From: Cyanophora paradoxa CCMP329
Lineage: Eukaryota; Plantae; Glaucophyta
Assembly: GCA_004431415.1 (NCBI GenBank)
Contig: QPMI01000594.1
Coordinates: 9,356 to 73,355 of the forward strand
Reading direction: 5' to 3'
DNA length: 64,000 bases
Both the position numbers and the translations under genes were made by a program. The notes below the pieces were generated by a model. That model was not told where the DNA came from and ran no database searches. It was given only the letters and a program-made list of their open reading frames with translations. Position 1 is the first letter of the stretch. Every line of letters begins with the position of its first letter. Positions 38,501-49,943 of the stretch are shown piece after piece.

Positions 38501-41500
38501 CCGCCGCCCCCGCGACGCCCTCGGAGGGGGCGGCCTCCGTCCACTACAGCGAAGAGTCCTTCGAGCAGGCCCGCTCTTTCTCATATAATTTTGTTACTGG
38601 GTTTGTTTCTTATTGTTGTTGTTGTCCTCCGAGCAGGTCTCCGATGCTGAGGTCTCCTTTCCTTCTCTTTCCCATTCTTTCTTTCCTTGCTAACCTTGTC
38701 TTCTTCTTCAGGCGAGCTTCGCCCGGCCGGCGGCGGCCCCTTCCCCACCCGCGGCGGCCCCGGCGCCCGCCCCCGCCCCCGCCCCTGCCGCCGCTGCCCC
38801 CGCCAAGAAGCCCGCGCCGGCGCCGGCCGCCGCGCCGCGGCCCGCCCAGGCACCGGCACCAGCGCCGGCGGCCCCCGCGGCCGGCTCAAGCGGGGACAGC
38901 GCGAGCAGCGTGAGCGTCAGCCTCAGCTCCGAGGACGGTGCGTACCCCTGCACCTAGGCCCCCCGCCTCGACCGTACCCCCCTCCTGGCAAACAACGTAC
39001 CCCCTCCCCCGCAGAGGAGCGGTTGGACCGCATCCGGAAGCTGCGCGAGGAGCTCGAGCGGCGGAAGGTCGGCCGCCCCGTTCGCCGCGCTTTCCAGATA
39101 GAACGCGGAGCGCAACGGCGATCTAGATCCGCGGGACTCACTCACTTGGGTTTTAACGAGGCCTTGCTATAAGAACTCTTCGATCCGCTGGCCCCACTCA
39201 CCAACTCACTTCATGGAATTGCGCGGCCCCGCCCGCCCGCTCGCTAGCTCACTCGGGGGCGCAGGAGGAGGCGCGGGCGGTGCACGCCGCCGTCGTCGAG
39301 CGCCAGGCCGCCCTCAAGGTGCCCCCGGCCCCTTGAGCCCTCCCGGCCGGAGGCGTGGGCGCAGGAGAAGCATTAAGAAGAGTACTTCTGTTAAGGCTCT
39401 AGTTTAGGCGCCCCCGGGCCCCCTCCCTTCTCCTTCCCCCTCCTCCTCCTCCCTTCCCCCTTCTTCCTCCCACGCCCGCGCCCTCCCCCCCTTCCCGCTC
39501 CCCCCCCCCCCCCCCCCCCCCCCCCCCGAGGCCTCCACACAGGAGAAGCGGCGGGCGAAGATGGCGAAAGAGGAGGCGGCGCTCCAAATACAGCTCCAGG
39601 TGCGCTCCGCAAGGGTCTCTAGTCTAGGCCCGGGATGTGCACTGGCCCCTAGGGTTTCTAGGAGGGGGCCCGCCTAGCTTCTGGGCCGCTCGGGGCGCCC
39701 CGCGAGGCCCGAGTGGGCCCGGGAGGGGTTCCCAGCGGGGTAGGGCTGCGTCTAGCATCCGTGCTGGCCCGCCTAGCTTCTGGACCGCTTGGGGCGCTGC
39801 CCCAGGCTCTGGGGCTGGCTCTGGGAGAGGCTCGAGGGATCGAGCTCTGCGGCCGGGCGGGCGGGCTGCTTGGGGCGCTGCCCTGGGCTGACCCTCCGGC
39901 CCGCCCCCGCAGGCGGTGGAGGGGATCGTGGCGCGCGAGGCCGGCCGCCTCCGCAAGACGGCCGCCGCCCTCGACTCCTCTCCGGAGGCCGCAACACCGG
40001 AGGAGGAGGACGAGGTCCGCCCCCTTCAGAGGGACCCCACTGGATTTACTTGGACCCTGGGCCCGCTTCCGCCCTTCGGCGTTGTTCCTGAGCGCGGGTC
40101 GCCCCCCCGCGGCAGGGCTCGGCCGCCGCCTCCAGCGCGGGGTCCCCGCCCCAGCCCCAGCCGCAGCAGGCGCAGCCGCAGCCCCATCTCGAGGCCGTGC
40201 GCCCTGTACCCGCCTTCCTTTCCCCCGGCCCGAGGCCCTGACGCCCCCCCCTCCGCAGTCCGCCGCCTCCTCTTCAGGAGGGGACCCCCCCGCGCAGGTG
40301 GGGCCCCGCTCCCTTCCCCCCTTGACCCGCCGCCCCTCTGACTGCTTCCACGCAGCGCCCCGCACCGCCGCCCGAGCGCCGCTCGTCCTTTGAGGATCTC
40401 TCGGACACCGTACGGCGCCGCTCCCAGGCACCTCGCCCTCTTTCTCCTCGTCTCTCCTCCCTTTCTCTCTTCTAAGGCTTTTTCCATAGGGCGGCAAGGG
40501 CGCCTCTGCGGAGATCGCGGCGGCGGCGGCCGCCGCCCTCGCCGCGGGGCCCCAGCCCCCTTCGCCCTCGCCCTCGCCCAAGGCGACCGCGCCTCCCTCC
40601 CCTCAGAAGAACCAGGTCCGCCCCCCTCTGATTGATATGATCCGGTCCGCGCTTCTACGCCCTCAGCCGACTCTTTCTCGCGCCGCTCGGCAGGCCGCGT
40701 CGTCTCCGGCGGCGGCGGGGCGGGCCCGGCGGGGCTCGGAAGAAGGCTCCCAGGAGGAAGGCTCCGAGGAGGCGGCGGGGGAGGGGAGCAGCAGCATCCC
40801 CGAGGAGGAGGACGGGTCCATCGCCGAGGAGTACAGCGAGGTCCGTACCCCCCTAGGGGGAGGGGGGTGAAAGGGGAGGGGGGGGTGGAGGGGGGACTCT
40901 TGACGTGGCTCCGTGTGGGCGGGCGAAGGGCATGGGCACATCTCCCGAAGCTCGCGCCCTGTCTCCTTCTCCTTCTTTAAACTCGGCCCCCGACGCCAGC
41001 CTGACCCGAGCCGCGCGCCCCGCAGCGGTTTGACGACGAGGGGACGCCCGCGCGGCCCGCCGGCCCCGGGTCAGCCGCCCTCCCCCCCCGCCTCCTACCT
41101 CCCTTTCTTCCTTCCTTCCTTCCTTCCTGACTTTGCGTCTCTGGGGCCAGGCCGCGGCGCGCCTCGCCCGGGTCCAGGGCGGGGGGTAGGCCGTCCCCAG
41201 GGGGGGACGAGAGCGCCGTCGCGTCGGAGCTCGAGGGCCCCGGCGAGGGGTACAGGTGCCCGGATCTTAGCGCCCGGGAAGATTTAGATCCGAATCTAGA
41301 CGCAGCTTCGCCCTAGAGGCTGCGAGAGTGGCCCGCGCCGGCCTGCCCTGGCCTCGCCAGAGAGCGGCGTCTACATCTAGGGCCCGGGGGGTGTTCAGAT
41401 CCACATCTAGATGCAATCTAGTTCCTGGGTCTTGCCAAAATCGAAGGCAGAGACCCACCCGCCCGCCCTCTGGCCTCGGGGGTCACCGTTGACCCCCGCG

Positions 41501-43941
41501 CGCAGCGCGAGCTTCGAGCGGGAGGCGAGCGCCGTCCTATCGACGCCCAAGGCCCCCCCCCCGGCCCAGGCCCCGACCCCGCCCTCCCCCGAGTCGCCCC
41601 CGCCCAAGAAGGGAGAGGAGGAGGGGAAGGCCACGCCGCCCTCGCCGGCGAAGGAGGCGCCGGCCCCGGCCAAGGAAGTCAAGGAGGAGGAGGAGGATGG
41701 GGAGGTGGAGGAGGAAGAGGCGAGGGCCCCTTTCTTCCTTCTCCACCCCCCACGATTCCCCCCCCCCCCCCCACACACACACACCGTGACTCACGCGCCC
41801 TCTTCTTTTTCTCCGTCCTCCTTCAGGTACCCGAGGAGGTCGTCTCGTCCGCCGGGTCCCGCTCCGCCGCCGGGGAGGAGGTACCCCCCTCTCGCCTCCC
41901 CAGCGGTACCCCCCACCCTCCCGCTTACCTGAGAGCGGCGTCTGCAGGGGTCGGGCGCCGAGGACGAGTCCGAGTACACTCAGGTGAGCATTCCCGCCGG
42001 AACGTTTGCTGCTCTTCGTCGTGCTCATATGAGCCAGGACTTCGAGCGGTCGGCGGCGGCGCATTCGGCGCGGTCCCCGCAGACCCCCGGGGCCCCCTCC
42101 GAGGTCCGTTCCTTCGCTTCGTCCAAGTTATTCGCTTCCTCTTTAGCTGTCTCACCGCTCCGATCAGCCCGCAAAGTCGCCCAAGACCCCCGGCGCCGCT
42201 TCCGAGGTCCGAACCCGCGCTCCTACCCCCCTCCCGCCGTCCTTTCGTCCGCTTGACGTCACGCTCGCTTCAGGCCTCCGCGGGCGCCGCATCCCCTGCG
42301 CACGCCCCCGCCCCGCCCCAGGCGCGCCGACACCGATTCCCCCCTCCGTCCCCGCCTGATTTTCGGCGCAGGAGCTGTTCCCCGACGCCGGCCCGGCTGC
42401 GGCGGCGCCGCCGCGGCCCGCGCCGGCCGCCCGCGCCTTCGACGAGAGCCAGGACGAGTCCATACAGGTCATCTATTTTAAGACCAGATCGAATCTTATC
42501 AAGAGGTCTGAGGGGGCTTCTTTTTCGCCGCAGGAGTCGATGGAGTCTCTGCCGGCCGAGCCGCCCGTCCGCACCTCTGCCGGCCCCTCCCGCCAGGAGC
42601 TCGCCGAGCGCGTCGCCGCGGTACCCCCTTCCCTCTCTGATTTTGGAGCACGGTTCTGAGGGGTACGCGCGCTTTCGTTCGGCAGGCGCTGGAGGCGCAG
42701 CTCCTCCGCGAGACCGCCACGGGTACCCGGGCCGAATGGGGGGGAGGAAAGGGGGTAGACGCTGACTTTCGGCGCAGTAATGTACGTGAAGGTCTGCGAG
42801 GTGCACCACCCGGAGGCCGTACCCAAGTCCCGCCGCCACGCCGGTTCGAATCCCTCCGGAACGACAAAAGGCGTGGGGATCTCATTTCTCGTACCCCCGC
42901 AGGGTCTTCGGGGCCCTCGTCCCCCGGCGATGCCCCCTCCTCCCCCGCCTCTTCCGTCGCCTCCTCCCTCGCGTCCCCCCCCACCCGCGGCGCCCCGCCC
43001 TCGGCGCCCACCCCGGAGCCCCCCTCCCCGCCCTCGGCGCCCCCCGAGCCCGCGCACCCGTCCCCGGGCCGGGCGGAGGCGAAGGAAGGCGCTTCGTCCG
43101 CCCCCGCGCTGCCCTCGCTCCCCGGGCAGAAGCCCAAGCCCCAGGCCGCGCCCGTATCCCCCGGCATGCCCCAGTCCTCCCTCCTCCGCTCCGCCGTCCG
43201 AACCGACTCCGAACACGCGTCCGCCTTCCTCCGAAACGTGCGCTCGTTGTACCCCTCGCCAGGCCCCTTTCTCCTCCCCCACCTCAACCCGCGCGCCGCA
43301 GCTGCTGGCCGCGCCCGCGCCGGCGGCGGCCGGCGGGGGTACGGTGGCGTCGCGCCTGCGGCAGGCGCTGGAGAGGGGTCTACCCCCCGCGGCCGAGAGC
43401 CTGTCGCCGTTCCTGTCGGACGCCGCGTTCGACGCGGCGCAGCGGCAGACGGCGCGGGAGGAGGAGGAGGGCGGGTCCGGGGCGGACGCCGCCGCGCAGC
43501 GGGCCGCCGACCGCCTTCTCTACGACGCCGCCCGCGCTGCCGTCCTCGAGCTGCTGATCTGAGCGCAGGACGCGGCGGACGAGGAGGAGTGGGCAGACAC
43601 GGCGCTGGACGCGGCCGCAGTCCAGGTCCGGGCCCCACCCCACGCCCCGCGCTCTAGATTGAGCCGCGAGCGCCGAGAAGCTTGAGCCTTTCATGCTCTT
43701 CGATGCGAACCGCTTCTAGATCTTCACCAGCAAGCCGTTCTAACTTTAGCGGCCTTTCCTGCCCGGCCCGGGTGCCGCTCTGCCTAGCGTTCCAACCGAG
43801 CGCTGACGCGGCGCGCGCGCGGGGCAGGCGGAGGTGGCGGATGCTGTGCTGGAGGCGGCCGTGGCGGACACGGCGCGGGCGCTCGCCGCGCTCGCCGCGC
43901 GCCGCCGCGCCCGCCGCGCCATCGGCCGCGCCGGCAGGTAG
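26595..43941 (+). CDS. CEP350: Centrosome-associated protein 350-like (CEP350/CAP350 homolog, C-terminal DUF4378-like), multi-exon
   Basis: Spliced blocks match CEP350 conserved segments in the right order: LSPDELSRRLLAEVGRLE (about 30340); KLMAEEEQRARYHDAVLKLREKAAE|ERAKAELAWIAAQ (33268-33608); RLAAERAEIEH; RRMAEELLEQKRAL (36446); RIRKLREELERRK (39030); EEEWAD..VQ|AEVADAVLEAAVADTARAL. Stop TAG at 43939-43941. The start at ATG 26595 is inferred via an intron at 26621-26682. Confidence 0.8.
30864..30893. repeat. (CTAGT)6 intronic microsatellite
   Basis: Read directly from the sequence. Confidence 0.9.
36675..36699. repeat. (CTAGA)5 intronic microsatellite
   Basis: Read directly from the sequence. 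Confidence 0.9.
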
Positions 43942-44655
43942 CTCGATCGGCGGCCAAGCGGGCGCGCTCGGCGCGGGGTTGGCGCCACTCGCCGCCCGCC
44001 GCCGCGCCCGCCGATCCATCGGCCGACGGCCGCCCCGGCCGCGCAGGTAGCTAGATGCAATGGCTGTGCGCGCGGGTACAATGAAGTTTACACTGAAGGG
44101 GGTACGCTGAAAAGCCTCCAAGCTTGCGCACCGTTGAACTGGAAGCAAAACGGCCAGAAAGGAACGAAGCTCGGATCGATCTTTCTTTGATTGCCTGTGA
44201 AATTATTCCAATTAACACAGAAGAATTGGGTGCGGACGATGCATGGACTTAAAGGCGTCAGTGTCACTGAATGCCATGATCATGATGAGTTTTCTTTCCA
44301 TGCATGCACTCATGAGTCGTGATCAAAAGATTCACAACCTCGGAAAATACTGCTCCCACATACCAAACCCCCGCGCGGGGGGGCCCGTTTAGAGGCCTAA
44401 ACGCATGTCTCGAACTGCGAGTCGTGTTAATCTAGTTATACGAGTGCGAGTTTAAACTCGATTTGAAACTCAGATCTACGCTCCCTTTGCCGCTAGCAGG
44501 GGGTATCCCCAATTGCAAGTCCCCAGGGGGGCCCATGGCTCTGTAACTGTAAGTCGCCACTCACACTTACGGACTCATACGTACGTATACGTAAGTCTGT
44601 AAGCAGTGCTGTTATTTTTAACGTACTGATTATACCGTGACACTTCCTCCCTCAC

Positions 44656-44844
44656 CCTCATATTCGATTCAATGATTCCACGCTTGTACATGTGGGGATG
44701 GATGGGAAGCCATCGCATCTCACGATCACCCTAGGCCTCCTCATTCGATTTCACGCTTGTGGGGATGGAGCCTCGGAGGTGCCCGGGGGGGGCCATATAT
44801 AGCATCTCACCCTCCTCATTCGATTCCACGCTTGTGGGGATGGA
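44656..44844. repeat. Three copies of a ~34-bp unit CCTCCTCATTCGATTYCACGCTTGTGGGGATGGA (period about 75 bp)
   Basis: Copies at 44736-44769 and 44811-44844 differ by 1 nt; an interrupted copy lies at 44656-44702. Confidence 0.8.
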
Positions 44845-45876
44845 TCAGAGGGGCGACCGGACCATCGTCTCTATAGCAAAGGGGTGAGAGAAAAAGAGTG
44901 GGAACAAAGGGAATCGGAAATAAGATATTAATGCAAAGCGCGAGCGCTAGCGAGCGCGGGGGACGGGGGGAGGCGGGGGCCCGCGGCGGCGGACGGCGGC
45001 GCCGCGGCGGGAATTCGAAGGGCGGGGCGCGGCGGGGCGAGGGTCAACGGCGGCGGATCGTCGGACATGTACATGTGCAGCGGCGCGATCGAGGGGCATG
45101 CGCATGGCGCGGCGGAGTGGGGGGACGCGGCGGTGGACGGCGGCGGGACGCATACAACGTATACGCCCGTGGGCCCTTGGCCCCTAGCTAGGCCTGGCCT
45201 CGGGGAGTGCGGGGGCCCGGGGGCGGGGGGTGGGGACGCTGGCCCCCGGCCCTTGGGCCCTGGGTGGTTCCGGCCCGACTCCCGGGGGCCGGGGGCCCGG
45301 GAGTCGGGAGTCGGGACTCCAAAAAATGAGAGTACCCCCATCAGGGTGGGCCCGCCCTCTTTGCCACCCTCACCCCTCCAAAACCACCCCATCCCACCCA
45401 CTCCAGCGCCTTCCCAGCCCTCATTCTTTCCCACTCTCTCGCTACGTCTACCGCCCTTCTCTCCCTCTGGTCTACCTCCCCTTCCATCCAGCAACCGCTA
45501 GGTAGTATCTAACGTCTACTCCAATCGATCTTGCAAAAGATATAGCAGTGATTTGAGACGGGCCCCCAACGCGACGGTCTGCAGAGATAGCTTAATCAGC
45601 AGCTAGGCGTTAATACTGTGTTCTTCCTATCTAAATAGCGGAGAGGTTTCCAGTTCTAGCTAGACGATAAAACTATATAATCGAAGCTGATTGCATATGC
45701 GAGTTTAGGTTCTAGTTAGTCAATAATACTGTGTGGATGATAGCGCCGGTCTTTGAATCACCAACGGGTCACCGCAATTGAGGTTTCTCTTATTTTGTCT
45801 TAAAGAGATCCCTTTCCAATATTGCTATGTGAAGTTGCGTTTGGAACAAGCAAAAAAATTGTGATATATACTTCCA

Positions 45877-48800
45877 ATGGACGTTACCCAGAATAATGCA
45901 GCGACTCGGCGCTTCCGGTTGGCCAGAATCAAAGACCAGATCGAAGCGCTCGCGATATCATTGTATAATCGACGCGTCATACATTGGGCCTTCAAAAATA
46001 AATTGATTAGAATTTCAGCACAAGGCTCGAGAACACGTTTTGCAACGTTGGAAAAGTACGCTTCACTCTTGAACGAACTTGCAAGACTTCCTAGGTCAGC
46101 GCGTCCTGTGTCAGGTCGTCGACTAGAGCTAGCGATTGCTGAGGGCCAGGCCGACATTGTTCGAGGGTTCTCAGAATTACCTGAGGTTGACGGTGGAGAT
46201 GATGTTCAAATCAATGACAGCAATACGACTACAGCGCTTGACGGGCGATATGCGGAGTGGAAATACCAATTGCCTCGCGGTTCTGGCCGCGTAACCTCGA
46301 TGCAAGCCCGATTTGAGAACAACGAACTTTTCAAACAGAACGCAATAGCATTCGTTAGCGCCCAGGTAAATCTTGCAGAGGCGGTAAGAATGGGCATTGC
46401 ACTACAAATCTCTGGATTAGCGGTATACAGAAAGCCAGAGACTGATACAACAATTGCAATCATTATTGAGCATCGCCGTTTCGATCGCATCGAGCCAGGG
46501 GCAAGCATCGAGACTGCTCTGCGCTCACAGCTGGAAGAACTAGACATTCTTGCAACAGAGAAAAGCAGGGATTCCTCAGTTTTCGACACATGGATACATC
46601 TGGTCTTTAAAACTGTGCGATACTTCCGCCGCATGGGTGGTCGTGGACGTAGGTTCACACTCCCGCGGTGGCTTGTGGAGAAGCAGGCACTCATCAATAT
46701 CGATGCTCCGAACAATGAATGCTTCAAGTATGCTGTACTTGCAGCTCAGCACGCGCTACGACCGGGCCAGGATTCACGTAGTGCTTGTCATTATCGACCG
46801 TATGAGAGCTCTTTGGACTGCACTATGCTCACATTTCCCACCCCGCTAGATTCAAAGGTTTTCAAAAAGTTCGAGCAGGCTAACAACGTAAACCTATGTA
46901 TTTATACGACAGCATTAGATGAACAGGACATTGTACCAATCCATATCAGCGCAGCAAAAGACGCAATACCAATCTTGTATGTACCTGCAGGCAGCGACAA
47001 TGATGTAGGGCATTATCTCTGGATCAAGAACATCTCACGTCTGTTTGGAAAACATGATTCTCCCGCCAAACACTATTGTCTTGCGTGTCAAACAGGTTTT
47101 AGCTCAGGTGCTGCGTTTGAAAATCATCTTAAATATGACCGTTGCCTCGATCGAGACGAGCATGCGAGAGATGTTCTGCCGAAAAAAGGAGCCCACATCC
47201 AGAAGTTTATTAACTATGAGTACTCAATCCGGCAACGTCTGGTCGGATATGCTGATTCAGAGACGATTACAATGCCAATTCCCTGCATTAGTGGAAAGAC
47301 CGAAAAGAAAGGTGTGCATGTGATTGCTTCAGTCGGCTGTCTGGTTGTATCTTCGAAAGGTGAACAGTTTTGTTTCAAATACATGGGTTCGGAGAGCGAG
47401 GACTGCGCTGAGAAGTTCGTGCAATGGTTGGACGAAATGGAACCACAATTTCGAGAGCTCTTGCGAGAGACTGCACCAATCCAGATTACTCAGGAAGAGG
47501 AGCAGCGTTTTCAAACGACGACCGAGTGCTACATGTGCAAGAACACGTTCAAGGATGCGAAAGACAAGCACCGTGATCACTGCCACGAATCTGGCCGATA
47601 TTTCGGGGCTGCCTGCAGAGCTTGCAATCGACGCCGCGCGAAATCAGCTGCTGTTCCATTATTCTGGCACAACGGTCGAGGATTTGACTTCCACCTGCTC
47701 GTACGTGCTCTAGCATCTGGCTATAACCGTCGTTTAGCAGCTTGGAAGGAGTTTCAAGCGCATGTCGAAAGCGAGTTTGAAAGCAAGTACGGTGGACGTG
47801 AGATGACCCCAGAGCAGAAAAAGAAGGCGAAGAAGGGGCTCGAACGCCGACTCCGCCCACAGAGTCTCCTTTCGATAAAATTCGATCAGGTCTTTCAGAA
47901 TAGCGAGCGAATTTCGCAGTTCAAGTATGGAATTTACGTTCTACGGGACTCGGCTCAGCACTTGAATGCGAGCTTGGACGACCTTGCAAAGGCTCTGCCC
48001 GCGGAAAAGAAGAAGATCACGCGCTCGCTGTATCTGGACGAGACTCGGTTCAAGCTGATGACTAGCAAAGGGATTTACCCTTATGATTACATGACGAGCT
48101 GGGCTCGCTTTCAGGAGTCTAAACTGCCTGCACGTCGTTATTTCAAAAATCAGCTTAAACAGAAGAAATGCACGAAAGATGAGTACGCACATGCGAAGGC
48201 TGTTTGGCGAGAGCTCGGCTGCAGAACGCTATCAGGCTATACAATGGAGTATATGATGACAGATATCGCGTTACTAGCTGACGTGTTTGAAAACTATCGT
48301 GATACGTGTATTGAAACGTATGGCCTAGATCCTAGCTATTTTATGTCATCGCCGGGATTTGCTTGGCAGGCAGCACTTAAGCACACTGGAGTGAAGCTCG
48401 AGCTCTTTCACGAGGGCAGCAGGATATGCACAGATTTATAGAATCCGGGATCAGGGGCGGAATCTCAATGATCTCAAAACGCTACGCACGAGCTGAGAAC
48501 AAATATTTGAGCATAAAGTTCAACAAGTACACCCACGCTGTTGAGCCTACAGTCTCACAGTCTACATGCATGTCTAACTACTACCGAACACACAAGGAAT
48601 CGTGGCTCATGTACCTCGATGCAAACAACTTGTACGGCGTCGCAATGAAGCGCAAGCTACCCACAGGAGATTTCCGCTGGGATAAACTAGATCAAGACGT
48701 TGATGTAATGCAGTACGTTGCAAGCCTTGACGCGGATGGAGCTCGTGGCTATGCTCTCGAAGTCGATATGTACATGCCTGAGCATCTCCATGACGAGTTC

Positions 48801-49934
48801 TCAGACTATCCGCTGGCCCCTGAACGGATGTGTGTGTCCAAGGAACACCTATCAAAGCGACAACAGGATATGATTAACGACGAGAAGCTTACCTCAGTTG
48901 AACGAACTCCAAAGCTCGTTCCGAATCTGCTTCCAAAAAAGAATTATGTTGTTGATGGACGCTTGCTTCAGCTCTATACGTCACTGGGAATGATAGTAAC
49001 CAACATCCATCGGGTCCTATCGTACGAACAAAGCGCATGGCTAGGGCGTTTCATAGATCTCAATACTCAAAAACGTAAAGAATCGCAGTTCACATACCAG
49101 AAGGACCTTTACAAGTTGATGAACAACAGTGTCTTCGGAAAGACGATGGAGAACGTGAGAAAGCACTGCTTTTCAGAGCTTGTGACTTCGGGAGACCGTC
49201 TGGTGAAGATCAACAGCGAACCAAATCGGTTGAAGCAGGTGGTGATGTACGAAGAGAACCTTGTATTCGTTTCCAAGCGCAAAAGTGAGTACAATCTGAA
49301 CAAACCTATCTACTGCGGGTTCGTCATCCTCGAACTTTCCAAGCTGCACATGTACCGCTTTTACTACCAGGTGCTCAAGCCGCTTTGGGGCCAGCGGCTG
49401 ACACTATTAGGTACGGATACTGACAGTCTCATCATCGAGGTTCGCACCAAAGATATCTATGCTGATTTACGCTCAATCAAGCATGAGCTGGATGTTAGCG
49501 ACTACCCAGAGACACATCGATTCTTCGATGGCATGACAGCCGATGAGGTTCGAGCTCTACGATCGATGGGGAAAACTCCGGGATTATTCAAGGATGAGCT
49601 CCATGGTCTGCAAATGACAGAGTGGATCGCTAACCGGCCGAAATCTTATTATTATTCGCGTGAAGATTCCACGGACAAGCAGGTATGCAAGGGTATTCAA
49701 AAGACGTACTACAACAGACTCACAAGGGATGTATTCTTCCGGTGCGTCTGTCCTAAAGAGGGAGAAAAGCAATCGTATGACATCAAAGGAATTCTCGGTT
49801 TCCGCTCGAAACTACATGAGATTTATTTACAACGAACCTCGCGTCAGGCTCTTCATCCCCTTGATACCAAACGCTTCCTCGAGACTGACGGGATCAACAC
49901 CCGAGCGATTGGACATTATAAAAATCGCGCCTGA
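45877..49934 (+). CDS. polB: Protein-primed family B DNA polymerase (Polinton type), split by one frameshift near 48418
   Basis: Exo motifs YADSE, WHNGRGFD and YMMTDIALL; pol motifs YLDANNLYG, YKLMNNSVFGK and GTDTDS; EndoVII-like CxxC..DHCH..ACxxCN insert. ORFs 45877-48441 and 48426-49934 join as KLELFHEG/.QDMHRFIESGIRGG. Confidence 0.95.
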
Positions 49935-49943
49935 TTTACAAAG

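Noticed and set aside
39500-39527. Long poly-C run
   Set aside because: Intronic homopolymer of unreliable length; no function evident.
44656-44844. Mini CRISPR-like array with hairpin repeat
   Set aside because: Only three degenerate copies, and the spacers share GCATCTCAC, so it is a decayed tandem repeat.
44928-45501. Pro/Gly-rich ORFs on both strands
   Set aside because: Low complexity, no recognisable domain and no clear splice pattern.
48400-48441. Programmed ribosomal frameshift in pPolB
   Set aside because: No slippery heptamer is visible, and similar indels occur throughout the viral region.
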